64,000 bases of DNA from Phycisphaerales bacterium (GCA_965227775.1 OZ245777.1:1280001-1344000); one strand, 5' to 3'. Shown: positions 40,535 through 48,979, numbered from the stretch's first letter. The notes: generated by a model from the letters alone, not told the origin. Numbers and translations: made by a program.

Positions 40535-42543
40535 CGGTTGCCTCCCTGCGGCTGCGTCTCGGCGATGTCGATCTCGATGTCGATGGTGCCGAACTCCTCG
40601 GTGCGGAGCTGGGCGTTCAGCCTGTCGCCCTCGCTGGCAAGCACGAGCCACTCGGCCCGCATGGTGCCGCCGGGGGCGATGCTCTCGTCGCGGTTGATGG
40701 TCGAGCCGCTCAGGAGCGTTTCCTGCGGCACATCGAGCGAGAGCACGTGGGGAATCAAGCGGTTGGCCTTCACGCCCAGCGATGTGCGTGTGGGAAGCTC
40801 GCCCTCGTTGTGCGCTTCGATGGTGATGCGCCACACGCCGTCACCGACCTTCTCGACGATCGGGTCGTCGATGGCAAGCCGGGGCATCATGGCGATGAGC
40901 TGCTGGACGAACTCGCCCTGTTTCTCGACGATGCCGTCGACCGCGTCCTCGGGCGCGTTGAGCTTGAATCCGGGCACAAAGCCGCCAACCTCGACGCTGC
41001 CGAGCTGCGGGTGATCGATTCGCTGCCAGTCGACGTAGCCCGCGCCTACTTCGTCGGCGTACGCGAGCCACTTGGCATCGTCTGAGCCTCCGCCGCCACC
41101 GCCGCGGGCACGACGCGCCGGGCGACTGGCTTGCGGCTGGGCTTCTTGGGCCATCGGGTCGGGGGCGCCCTGTGCGATGGTCATGATGCGCTCGCGCGTC
41201 GCGGTGGGAAGGGCCTCGAAGGCCTCCATGCGCTCGGCCTGCTCGGCCGGGCTCAGGGACTGCGCCTCGGCGAGGGCACCCTGGATGGCGCTCTGCGTGA
41301 GCACGAGCTTGTATTCGCCGATCATGACGAACGGCCGCTCATCGGACGCGGGTTCTTCGGCTTGCGCATCGGCCTCATCGGTCTCGGCTTCTTCGGTGGC
41401 CTGCTCGGGTCGCTGCCAGGGGTTGGTCGCAATGGTCACGATGCCCAGGTGGGCGTAGGCCCATCCGGCGAAGGAGCCGTCCAGGTCCAGCTTGGCCGCT
41501 TGCGACAGCCCGGTGGTTTCTTTGTACATCTCGCTCAGGCGGTCCATGACCTCCTTGTCGGCGCTCTCGAGCCCCTTGGGCACGCGGCCGGTCTGGTCGT
41601 TGCCGTTTGCGGCGGGCACGTTGATGATCGTGTCGTGCGGGCCGTACACGATGGCGGCCATGATGTTGGGCCTTCCGAGCAGCCAGGTCGCGAGCGCCTT
41701 GCTCTCGGGCTCGCTGAGCGGGTAGATGCCGCTGTCGTTGCCGAACTCGGGCCAGCGGAACGGGAAGTTCTTGTTCAGGTCGACGCCGCCGATGCCGTCC
41801 TCGCCCATCTTGCCGTCGCCGTCCTGGTCGGCCGCTTCGGGCAGCATGGCGTGCGTGGCGACCTCGCCCTTGCTCGCGTCGGCGCGGCGGAGCAGGCGCG
41901 GGCTGTCGGGGTCGACGACGTGCGTCAGCGAGATGCCGTACTTGGGCACCGCGCGGTCGATGCGCATCATCGTGCTATGGCCGTCGCCGTTGAGGTCGGC
42001 CGGGCCGTCCTCATCCATGCGGCCGTCTCGGTCTCCGTCCTGAGGCGTGCGGGTGCCGCCGGGGACGGCGGCGCCCAGGTCATCGCGGTCGCGCGCGTCG
42101 CGGTTGACGCGGGGGATGACGTACGCCGTCGCGCTAGACAGGTCGGCCTCACGCTCGAGGTAGCCGACCAACTCGCGCGCCACCACGGGTCCGGTGGTGT
42201 GCCGGCCGTCGATGCCGGCGACGATCAGCAGACCGGGCTTGGTGTCGGGGTCGCCCTCGCCCTGGCTGACGCGGTACATATAGATGGGCTGGTCGTTCCC
42301 GGTGCTGCCGATGCGGAAGCGGTCGACCGCGAGCACGCCGCTCGATCGCTCGGCGGCGACAATGCTGGAAGCGGTTGGCGTCTCGGTGAGCACGGCGCGC
42401 GGCGGCTCGCTCGCGCGGGGCGGGTGCGCGTCGGTGGCTTGAGGCTGCTGGGTGGCGCAGGCGGCGAGCCCAGCCAGCAGCACGAGCGGCGCGGCCCGCA
42501 GCAGCGGACCGGGTCGGCATGGAGGTGGTGTCTGCGGCTTCAT
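40531..42543 (-). CDS. M14 carboxypeptidase-like lipoprotein with degenerate zinc ligands
   Basis: LAAC lipobox; GIDGRH in place of HxxE; DLNKNFP and PLSEPES motifs; DxDxDG repeats. Confidence 0.8.
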   Translation of the reverse strand: MKPQTPPPCRPGPLLRAAPLVLLAGLAACATQQPQATDAHPPRASEPPRAVLTETPTASSIVAAERSSGVLAVDRFRIGSTGNDQPIYMYRVSQGEGDPDTKPGLLIVAGIDGRHTTGPVVARELVGYLEREADLSSATAYVIPRVNRDARDRDDLGAAVPGGTRTPQDGDRDGRMDEDGPADLNGDGHSTMMRIDRAVPKYGISLTHVVDPDSPRLLRRADASKGEVATHAMLPEAADQDGDGKMGEDGIGGVDLNKNFPFRWPEFGNDSGIYPLSEPESKALATWLLGRPNIMAAIVYGPHDTIINVPAANGNDQTGRVPKGLESADKEVMDRLSEMYKETTGLSQAAKLDLDGSFAGWAYAHLGIVTIATNPWQRPEQATEEAETDEADAQAEEPASDERPFVMIGEYKLVLTQSAIQGALAEAQSLSPAEQAERMEAFEALPTATRERIMTIAQGAPDPMAQEAQPQASRPARRARGGGGGGSDDAKWLAYADEVGAGYVDWQRIDHPQLGSVEVGGFVPGFKLNAPEDAVDGIVEKQGEFVQQLIAMMPRLAIDDPIVEKVGDGVWRITIEAHNEGELPTRTSLGVKANRLIPHVLSLDVPQETLLSGSTINRDESIAPGGTMRAEWLVLASEGDRLNAQLRTEEFGTIDIEIDIAETQPQGGNR

Positions 42544-42616
42544 GGAGGCACCATACCCCCGATCTGTGGCCTTGGTTACGCGTTACCGGGCCGTCGCGCC
42601 CTTCTACACTGGGCCC

Positions 42617-44179
42617 ATGTACGCCGCCGTGCTGGCCCGTAAATACCTGACGACCAAGGCCATCCCCCTGCTGGCGGCGCTGGCGGTCACGCTGAGCGTG
42701 GCGACCGAGCTCATCGTGTGGTCGGTCATGGGCGGGTTTCTCACGATGCTCGTCAACGAGGGCCGAAAGACCGACGGCGACCTGCGGATCACCTGGGAGC
42801 ATGTGGGCTTTGGCTACTACGACGACCTGGTCGACCGACTCGAGGCCGACCCCGCGATCGCGCACGCCACGCCCATGATCGAGACGCTGGCGATCCTCGG
42901 CATGCCCGACGACCGGCCCGTGAGCGTGCGGCTGCTGGGCGTCGACGCCTCAAGCTACGCCGATGCGACGGTCTACGAGCAGAGCCTGTACTGGCGGCCG
43001 CTGGAGCCGATCGAGGGTCCGCCGCCGGTCGACGAGAACGGCGACCCGATCTTCCAGGATCCGCGGACGCTAACGGACAACCACGAGGCGTTCGAGCAGT
43101 GGCTCGGCGAGGGCCGCACGCTGCGCAAGCTCGGGGGCGACGCGGCGATGGTCACCGGCGTCGCGGCCACGGGCTGGAACCGGCGGGTCGTGCCGGGGAA
43201 CTTCTACGTGCCGTGGTTCTCCGAGCGGCGGCTGCCGTCGGGTCGCGTGGAGCGAGACTATTCGTTCCTGCCCCAGCGCAGCGTGCGCCTGACCGTGCTG
43301 CCGCTCGGCCAGGACGGCGCGGGCGCGCTCGACCTGCGGACCATCGAGTTCCCGATCGCCAACGAGCTGGCGACGGGCAATTACGCGTACGACTCGGCCT
43401 TCGCGCTCGTACCTCTGGAGGCGCTGCAGGATCTCTTGCAGATGGGCGCGGCCCGGCGCATCGATCCGGCGAGCGATCCGTTCGCGGTCGAGATTGGCCC
43501 CGACGGCGTCGAGCGCCCGGTGCGGCCGAGGATCCTGGGCGAGAGCCCGGCCCGTGCAACCGACGTGCTCGTGCGCGCGGCCGAGGGCGTGACGAGCCTG
43601 GAGCTCCAGGAAGCCGCCGAGCGTGTGTACGCCGAGTTCGCCGATTCGAGGCGCGGCGAGGTGCCCAGCGCGGGCTCGATCTCGATCCAGACCTACGAGC
43701 AGCGCAACGCGATGTTCATCGGCGCGGTGCAGAAGGAGACGACGCTGGTGCTCTTCATCTTCGGCGTGGTCAGCCTGACGAGCGTGTTCCTGGTGCTGGC
43801 GATCTTCTGGGCGATGGTGAGCGAAAAGACGCGGGACATCGGTGTCTTGCGCGCGATCGGTGCGTCTGGCACCGGCGTCGCCGCGGTCTGGGTGGGCTAC
43901 GGCCTTGCGATCGGCATCGTGGGCAGCGCGCTCGGCGCGGGGCTCGCGGCTCTGGTCGTCACGAACATCAACCCGATCCACGAGTGGCTCGGTAAGGCCC
44001 TGGGCGTGCAGGTGTGGGACCCGAACGTCTACTACTTCACGACGATCCCGACGGACCTGGACGCGTTCAAGTTCACCGTGATCATCGCGGGCGGCATCGT
44101 GGCGAGCGTGGTTGGGGCGCTGGTGCCCGCGGCCAGAGCCGCGTGGATGGACCCAGTCAAGGCGCTGCGGTTCGATTAG
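42617..44179 (+). CDS. ABC transporter permease, LolC/LolE (FtsX/MacB) family
   Basis: IVWSVMGGF, VSEKTRDIGVLRAIGAS, VYYFTTIP and PAARAAWMDPVKALRF motifs. Confidence 0.88.
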   Translation: MYAAVLARKYLTTKAIPLLAALAVTLSVATELIVWSVMGGFLTMLVNEGRKTDGDLRITWEHVGFGYYDDLVDRLEADPAIAHATPMIETLAILGMPDDRPVSVRLLGVDASSYADATVYEQSLYWRPLEPIEGPPPVDENGDPIFQDPRTLTDNHEAFEQWLGEGRTLRKLGGDAAMVTGVAATGWNRRVVPGNFYVPWFSERRLPSGRVERDYSFLPQRSVRLTVLPLGQDGAGALDLRTIEFPIANELATGNYAYDSAFALVPLEALQDLLQMGAARRIDPASDPFAVEIGPDGVERPVRPRILGESPARATDVLVRAAEGVTSLELQEAAERVYAEFADSRRGEVPSAGSISIQTYEQRNAMFIGAVQKETTLVLFIFGVVSLTSVFLVLAIFWAMVSEKTRDIGVLRAIGASGTGVAAVWVGYGLAIGIVGSALGAGLAALVVTNINPIHEWLGKALGVQVWDPNVYYFTTIPTDLDAFKFTVIIAGGIVASVVGALVPAARAAWMDPVKALRFD

Positions 44180-44191
44180 ATCGGAACGGCC

Positions 44192-44656
44192 ATGGCGGAC
44201 TCGCAGGTCTTTGACCCCATCGACGGCGTGTGCTTCTGGTGCGAGCCGATGCCCGCAGCCCGCTTGTCGGTTTTGCTTTGCGAGATCGCAGCGTTCCTGC
44301 AGGACAACGACCCGCACGCAGCGATCACGCGCGTCGAGGACTGGCTCGAGCACGACGGCCGGTTCGTTCGCGAAGGGCCGACGGACCTTGCCGCCGTGTT
44401 CGAGAGCGTCGGTTCGCCCCGCGACTTGCTCAGAGCCACGCCAGAGGATGAGGACGTGTATCGCGGCTTTGTCGACGTTGCTCGACGTTGGTACCTTCGC
44501 TTCCGCATCGTGTGGGACGAAGCGGGCGTCAATCTGGCAGGCGACTTCGCGCTCGCGTTAGTCGACGAGCTGGCCGAGCAGTTCTCAAACCGATTCGAGC
44601 ATCACGCCCTGCGCCACGAGCTCGCGTTCGCATACTTCGGTCGGATCACGGTGTAG
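44192..44656 (+). CDS. Hypothetical protein
   Basis: 154-aa ORF with globular composition, 12 nt downstream of the permease; no recognisable motif. Confidence 0.6.
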   Translation: MADSQVFDPIDGVCFWCEPMPAARLSVLLCEIAAFLQDNDPHAAITRVEDWLEHDGRFVREGPTDLAAVFESVGSPRDLLRATPEDEDVYRGFVDVARRWYLRFRIVWDEAGVNLAGDFALALVDELAEQFSNRFEHHALRHELAFAYFGRITV

Positions 44657-44688
44657 CACGCCCGAAACCACAAGAGGCCCAAACAAGA

Positions 44689-44716
44689 GGAAGGGCTCGC
44701 GCACGCAAGCCCTTCC
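44689..44716 (-). terminator. Intrinsic terminator for the minus-strand Fn3-like gene (and possibly CBASS read-through)
   Basis: GGAAGGGCTTGC-GTGC-GCGAGCCCTTCC followed by TCTTGTTT on the minus strand. Confidence 0.7.
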
Positions 44717-44799
44717 CAACCTTCTCACCCTTCAACCTACATGCCCTACAGGCTTCTACCACTCGCGCCGCGAGGGCTCCGCCCGAGCACGCGAGCTTC

Positions 44800-45459
44800 T
44801 CATGCCGCTTCGGCGACGGTCTGGCCGTTGCCGCCGATGGCGAACCGGACGGTGATGGGCACGGTGCCGGGGGTGACGGTCTCGCCCTTCTTGGCGCGGA
44901 CGACGTAGCTGACCCGCTCGGTGCCGGCGGGGATGGTGCTATCGACGAAGCGCTTGCCGTCGGCGAAGGCGATGTCCTGGTAGGCCTGCTGGTTGCCGCC
45001 GGTGGGGGTGATGGCCCGGCGCACGATGTAGGTGGTGCCGGTCGAGACGCTGCCCTTCCAGGTGAGCTCGAGGCTGCCGTCGTTGAGCAGGTCGAACGCC
45101 ACGTCGCTGGCGTCGACCGGCGGGATCGCCGTCGGGTCCTTCGGCTCGGGGATCTGGGCGAGGGTGAACAGCTCGGGGTTGCCGGTCTGCTCGGCCGTCA
45201 CGCGGATCTTCTTGATGAGGTCGGCGCCCAGGTCGCGCATGGCTTGGATGGCCAGGTCCTGGTTGGCGGTCGCGGTCTTGGCCTGCTCGGCCTTGAGCTG
45301 CGCCTCGGTGTACTTCGTGCGCGCCGTTCCGGTCAGAGAGGTCAGCTGCGCGGTTTCTTCGGCGGACAAGTTGAGCGTCGCGGCGTTGGCCTCCCAGATG
45401 GGGGCGCGCTGCTCGAAGAACTCGATGTTCTCGACCTTCTTGCGAGGTTGGACTGGCAT
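44800..45459 (-). CDS. Hypothetical cytoplasmic protein: N-terminal helical/coiled-coil region plus C-terminal Fn3-like beta domain
   Basis: Helical N-half (TARTKYTEAQLKAEQAKTAT); C-half LELTWK..TYIVRR..FVDSTIP..VSYVVRA matches an Fn3 pattern; no signal peptide; ends in AEAA. Confidence 0.7.
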   Translation of the reverse strand: MPVQPRKKVENIEFFEQRAPIWEANAATLNLSAEETAQLTSLTGTARTKYTEAQLKAEQAKTATANQDLAIQAMRDLGADLIKKIRVTAEQTGNPELFTLAQIPEPKDPTAIPPVDASDVAFDLLNDGSLELTWKGSVSTGTTYIVRRAITPTGGNQQAYQDIAFADGKRFVDSTIPAGTERVSYVVRAKKGETVTPGTVPITVRFAIGGNGQTVAEAA

Positions 45460-45622
45460 CGGAATCCCTTCCATCACGCGGAACCCGCGGCGTGTGCGCG
45501 AGCGGCGGAAAGCGTTCCCGCCGCAACGGGTTCATCGAGTGGTTCGGGGGGCGGCTTTACGGCCTTTGACGATTCTGCGGAAGATCGTCTTATCGGGCGA
45601 GAATTGCCCTGTTGCGAAGGAA

Positions 45623-46606
45623 TTAGGCCACGGATTCCATAGGAACGGGTGTAAAGGGATCGGCCTTTTCCATCAGGAATCGGTTCCGAACCTCCATGGC
45701 CTTGTCCTTGGCGCTCGACTCTCCGAGGGCCTTGAGGTCGCGCAATCTGCCTTTCGAGGTGTCATCCAACTCGAACTCGCCGGGCTTGACCGTGTGGTCG
45801 ATGTCCATGATGTTGTCCTTGCCGATGAGCAGAGATGCCATATTCATCGCGCCCGCACGATTCGCTTCCATCAGCAGATCGATCATGCGTCGATTCAGCA
45901 TGGAGGTATTCTGCCATGCACCGCCCTTGCGGGCTTTTGGATCAACCGAGAACGGCGTTCGCGTTGTCCCGATGCTGAGGACTTCAATTTCGTTGGCGGA
46001 CTTCTTGAAGTCGCTCATGGCTTCGACAACGCCGACGAGGACCGGGCTGTTGGCCCACACGCCGCCGTCGATGTAGTCCGTTCCGTCCTCGCTCTCGAAG
46101 GCACGCAAAAAGACAGGCGCGGCAGCTGTGGCCATGGCGACCTCCCACGCGGGCCTCCGCCAGTCTTTCAGGTATCGCTCGTGATGTCGAGTCTTAAAGC
46201 ACTGCGGCTGCCCCTTGGCGGCGTTGAACGTGTTTACCACCAGGCGCTTCTTCGAGTCTCCCAAGATGGCCTCGGTCCCAAGCCGCTTCTGGACCGCGTC
46301 CCTTAGACCCGTGGAATCATGAAGCGTTCGGTGTACCTGAGCCTTGCGGAACAGCTTCTTGACTTTTGATCGCCTCGGGAAGATGTCGCCACCATGCTTC
46401 AGGTAGAAGTCGCGGATCGACTTGGGCGACTGTCCTAAGCCCAACGCCAATGCGATCAGCCCACCCGTGGACGTGCCGACGATCAAGTCAAAGTAGTCGG
46501 CCACGTTCTTCCCGGTGAGTTCCTCCAGCTCGGCGAGGAAGGAGGCGGTGTACACGCCGCGGATGCCCCCGCCGCTAAGGCTGAGGATGCGAAACTTCTG
46601 GGTCAT
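45623..46606 (-). CDS. capV: CBASS effector, patatin-like phospholipase (CapV-like)
   Basis: LSLSGGGIRG, FDLIVGTSTGG (catalytic Ser), ATAAAP and YIDGGVWANSP (catalytic Asp); ATGA overlap with the E2 gene. Confidence 0.9.
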   Translation of the reverse strand: MTQKFRILSLSGGGIRGVYTASFLAELEELTGKNVADYFDLIVGTSTGGLIALALGLGQSPKSIRDFYLKHGGDIFPRRSKVKKLFRKAQVHRTLHDSTGLRDAVQKRLGTEAILGDSKKRLVVNTFNAAKGQPQCFKTRHHERYLKDWRRPAWEVAMATAAAPVFLRAFESEDGTDYIDGGVWANSPVLVGVVEAMSDFKKSANEIEVLSIGTTRTPFSVDPKARKGGAWQNTSMLNRRMIDLLMEANRAGAMNMASLLIGKDNIMDIDHTVKPGEFELDDTSKGRLRDLKALGESSAKDKAMEVRNRFLMEKADPFTPVPMESVA

Positions 46607-47061
46607 GATTCGGTCTCCAGGTGAGCTTGAGTGATCCGCCGAACGACCTCATCCGGCATGGGCGGCCCGCCGCCCTTCCAGTCGCCGGTGATGAGCCAGT
46701 CCTGGTAGTAGAAGAGCCACAACGAGGTCCAGGGCACGGTGGTGTCCGCGATTGATTGGTCCGGGCCCCATTCATCGCCCTCCGGGTTGTACAGGCAGAG
46801 TGTGCCATCCTCGTTGAGGTGCGGCGTGACCTCGCCGTGCGCCATCTTCACTGGTTCGGGATCGATGACATACACATAGGGCCGAATGCCGTAGGCGTAG
46901 TTGATGCGAACTGTGTACGAGTCGCACCATGGCTCGGGACGAAGTCGCAGCACTGCTGCGAGAGTGCGACTGTGCCCAGAGCGCTTGGTCCAGACCTTGT
47001 CGGATGGGAAGCGCGCGCGGAGTAGGCGCGCCTGATCAATAACTGAGAGTGGCTTACCCAT
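46603..47061 (-). CDS. CBASS-associated stand-alone E2 (ubiquitin-conjugating-like) protein
   Basis: YTVRINY..RPYVYV, PHLNEDGTLCLY (E2 H-x-N..G-x-x-C-L with catalytic Cys) and W..LWLFYYQDWLITGDWKGGG. Starts 3 nt after the CD-NTase stop. Confidence 0.82.
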   Translation of the reverse strand: MGKPLSVIDQARLLRARFPSDKVWTKRSGHSRTLAAVLRLRPEPWCDSYTVRINYAYGIRPYVYVIDPEPVKMAHGEVTPHLNEDGTLCLYNPEGDEWGPDQSIADTTVPWTSLWLFYYQDWLITGDWKGGGPPMPDEVVRRITQAHLETES

Positions 47062-47064
47062 GAT

Positions 47065-48258
47065 CTACCCGTTGCTGTGGAACGTGTTGTCACGAACGCG
47101 CCGGCCGTGCCCGCTTGCAGAGGCGCCAGAGCCGATCGAGAGCGCGCCACCACCGCTGGCAATCAAGCGGCCATCGCCTCGGGCCTCGTTCATTTCATCC
47201 ATCAGGTCGTTGTACGCCTTGGCGACCACGCCCTGGCCGGCGAACTTGGCGAGCTTGGACTCGATGATGCTGCGCTGAGTCTCGGATTCGAGAGCCTCCA
47301 AGACCTCGGCTGCCATCTTCGAGATCATCCGCACGAACTTGTCGTAGCACGCTTGCGACATCGCGCTCGCGAAGTCCTCATCCTGATTGGTGGGATTGGG
47401 GACCGCGACGCGCCGGGCCCCAGCACTGGCGAACGCGGCTTCCATGCCACGCAGTACCTCGTACAGCCCGCGGCCCAGGTCCGTCTGGCCGGTGTACGTG
47501 TTGGCCGCCATCGTCGTGATGAGGATGGACGAGGGGATGTCGCTGTCGCCGAGGAACTCCTTGTTGCGACGGTGCTTGATGAGCTGCACGATCTTGCGCA
47601 GCGGTGCCTTTTGATGCACCGGCTCGCGGGGCGGTACGGGAGCGATCAGCGCCTTGGCTTCCCCCAGGGTCATGCCGCGTGCCACCTGGCAGCGCGTTTC
47701 GAACCAAGCCGCGTAGCCCAGGGGGTCGGTTTCCTTGTACGAACCCCGAGCCTCCTGTTGGCCCTTCCAGGTCGCCTTATCGGGAATCAGGATGCCCAGC
47801 CCGGTCCAGGATGCGGCATCTGGAGCGGCGGGGATCACGTCGAGATGCAGCAGCTCCTTCCGGAAGCTGATGCGCAGGCAGCGGCCCTTGCCCTCGACAA
47901 GGTGGCCATAGTCCGGGTGGGCGCGGAGCCGCTTCTCGATCATCGCGTAGAGCTCACCGGCATGGAGTGTGGCGGGGTCGACCTGGAGCAGGCAGACCAG
48001 ATCGATGTCGAACTCGACCTCCTCGCCGTCCTCGCGGAAGGGCTTGACGGTCGTCCGGAGCAGCATCGAGCCCTGGGGGTACACGTCGGGGTCGTGCTGG
48101 TGGAGCGGCGAGTCGGACTCGCTCAGGAAGCGGCCAACTTCCGTGTACAGCTTGACGGCCCGCTCGTACTGCTCGGCGGTGAGCTGGATGCGCCCGACGA
48201 TGCGGTCGAGCATGTCGCTGAGGGTGCCGCGTTGGGGGCGTTGGTATGTGACGGCCAT
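47065..48258 (-). CDS. CBASS cyclic oligonucleotide synthase (CD-NTase/SMODS nucleotidyltransferase)
   Basis: PQGSMLLRTTVKP, EFDIDLVC (DxD), RCLRISF, LHLDVIPA, TDPLGYAAWF, PLRKIVQLIK, SILITT and NPTN motifs; GGAGG RBS. Confidence 0.92.
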   Translation of the reverse strand: MAVTYQRPQRGTLSDMLDRIVGRIQLTAEQYERAVKLYTEVGRFLSESDSPLHQHDPDVYPQGSMLLRTTVKPFREDGEEVEFDIDLVCLLQVDPATLHAGELYAMIEKRLRAHPDYGHLVEGKGRCLRISFRKELLHLDVIPAAPDAASWTGLGILIPDKATWKGQQEARGSYKETDPLGYAAWFETRCQVARGMTLGEAKALIAPVPPREPVHQKAPLRKIVQLIKHRRNKEFLGDSDIPSSILITTMAANTYTGQTDLGRGLYEVLRGMEAAFASAGARRVAVPNPTNQDEDFASAMSQACYDKFVRMISKMAAEVLEALESETQRSIIESKLAKFAGQGVVAKAYNDLMDEMNEARGDGRLIASGGGALSIGSGASASGHGRRVRDNTFHSNG

Positions 48259-48436
48259 AGCGTGGAGACCTCCGGGACGGTGGCTTTCGCCGGTCCTCCA
48301 CGCCAGACCCCCACGTTGAGGCCCATCGCCTTGGCCAGCCCGAGCCCCATCCCTGCGGCCCGCGGTCGCCGACAGCATCGCCAGCGAGTGCGAGGGAAGG
48401 GTGCAGACGGTGTGCCGGGGTCGGTCGCGCCATGCC

Positions 48437-48476
48437 AAAGCAACAAAACCGGCCTCACGCCTTGTGAGGGCCGATT
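48437..48476 (-). terminator. Terminator-like hairpin inside the CBASS 5' leader
   Basis: AATCGGCCCTCAC-AAGGC-GTGAGGCCGGTT followed by TTGTTGCTTT on the minus strand. Confidence 0.6.
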
Positions 48477-48593
48477 CTCAGCCATGTTGGGATTCTGTTG
48501 CGCCTGCCAGAACCCGATCACGCAGCCAAAGGGCTGCCTAAATGGCAGTTCGGTGGTCCGGTAGGATTGCCCGGTCGGTGAACCCGGGTCACA

Positions 48594-48621
48594 AGGATAT
48601 CGGCCAACCGTCCACAGTCAA
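48594..48621 (-). promoter_or_regulatory. Candidate sigma70-type promoter for the CBASS operon
   Basis: TTGACT-N16-TATCCT on the minus strand, with AT-rich sequence upstream; overlaps a GCCGATA motif. Confidence 0.55.
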
Positions 48622-48769
48622 TGAACACATTAGCAACTATTTTCCCCTATCCACCGGATCAACGGATGAACGGCCCTGGGATGGACACCCTGTCTTGCCG
48701 ATCGAACGCTGCGGGACGTCGCGCTGCGACGGCGGCCGAGCGCTTGCCCATCCACGCCCGAGAACACCT

Positions 48770-48979
48770 GTGACGGTCCTTCGGGTGGCTGTACCCGTCT
48801 TTCCGCTAACGCGAACGGTCTTTCCGTCACAGCCAACGGTCCTTCCGTTAACGCTAACCGTTGTTCCGTCACAGCTAACGGTCTTTCCGTCAGCGTTGAC
48901 CGGCCTTCCATTACAGCCACCCGTCCTTCCGTCACCGCTGACGGTCCTTCCGTCACGGCCACCCGAGCTGCCGTCACCG
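48770..48979. repeat. Degenerate tandem array of 10 x 21-bp units with an internal palindrome (TGACGG-N5-CCGTCA)
   Basis: Units include CTGACGGTCCTTCCGTCACGG, CTAACGGTCTTTCCGTCAGCG and CGAACGGTCTTTCCGTCACAG; exact 21-bp period. Confidence 0.9.

Noticed and set aside
48259..48438. Longer CD-NTase start at 48438 from the ORF track
   Set aside because: The extension is low-complexity and lacks an RBS; ATG 48258 has GGAGG at normal spacing.
45480..48770. att sites, IS ends or target-site duplications around CBASS
   Set aside because: Only a short shared TATCGG was seen near both ends; no convincing direct or inverted repeats and no recombinase or transposase.
48770..48979. 21-bp array as a CRISPR array
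   Set aside because: Units are directly abutting with no unique spacers, the repeats are degenerate, and there are no cas genes in the window.
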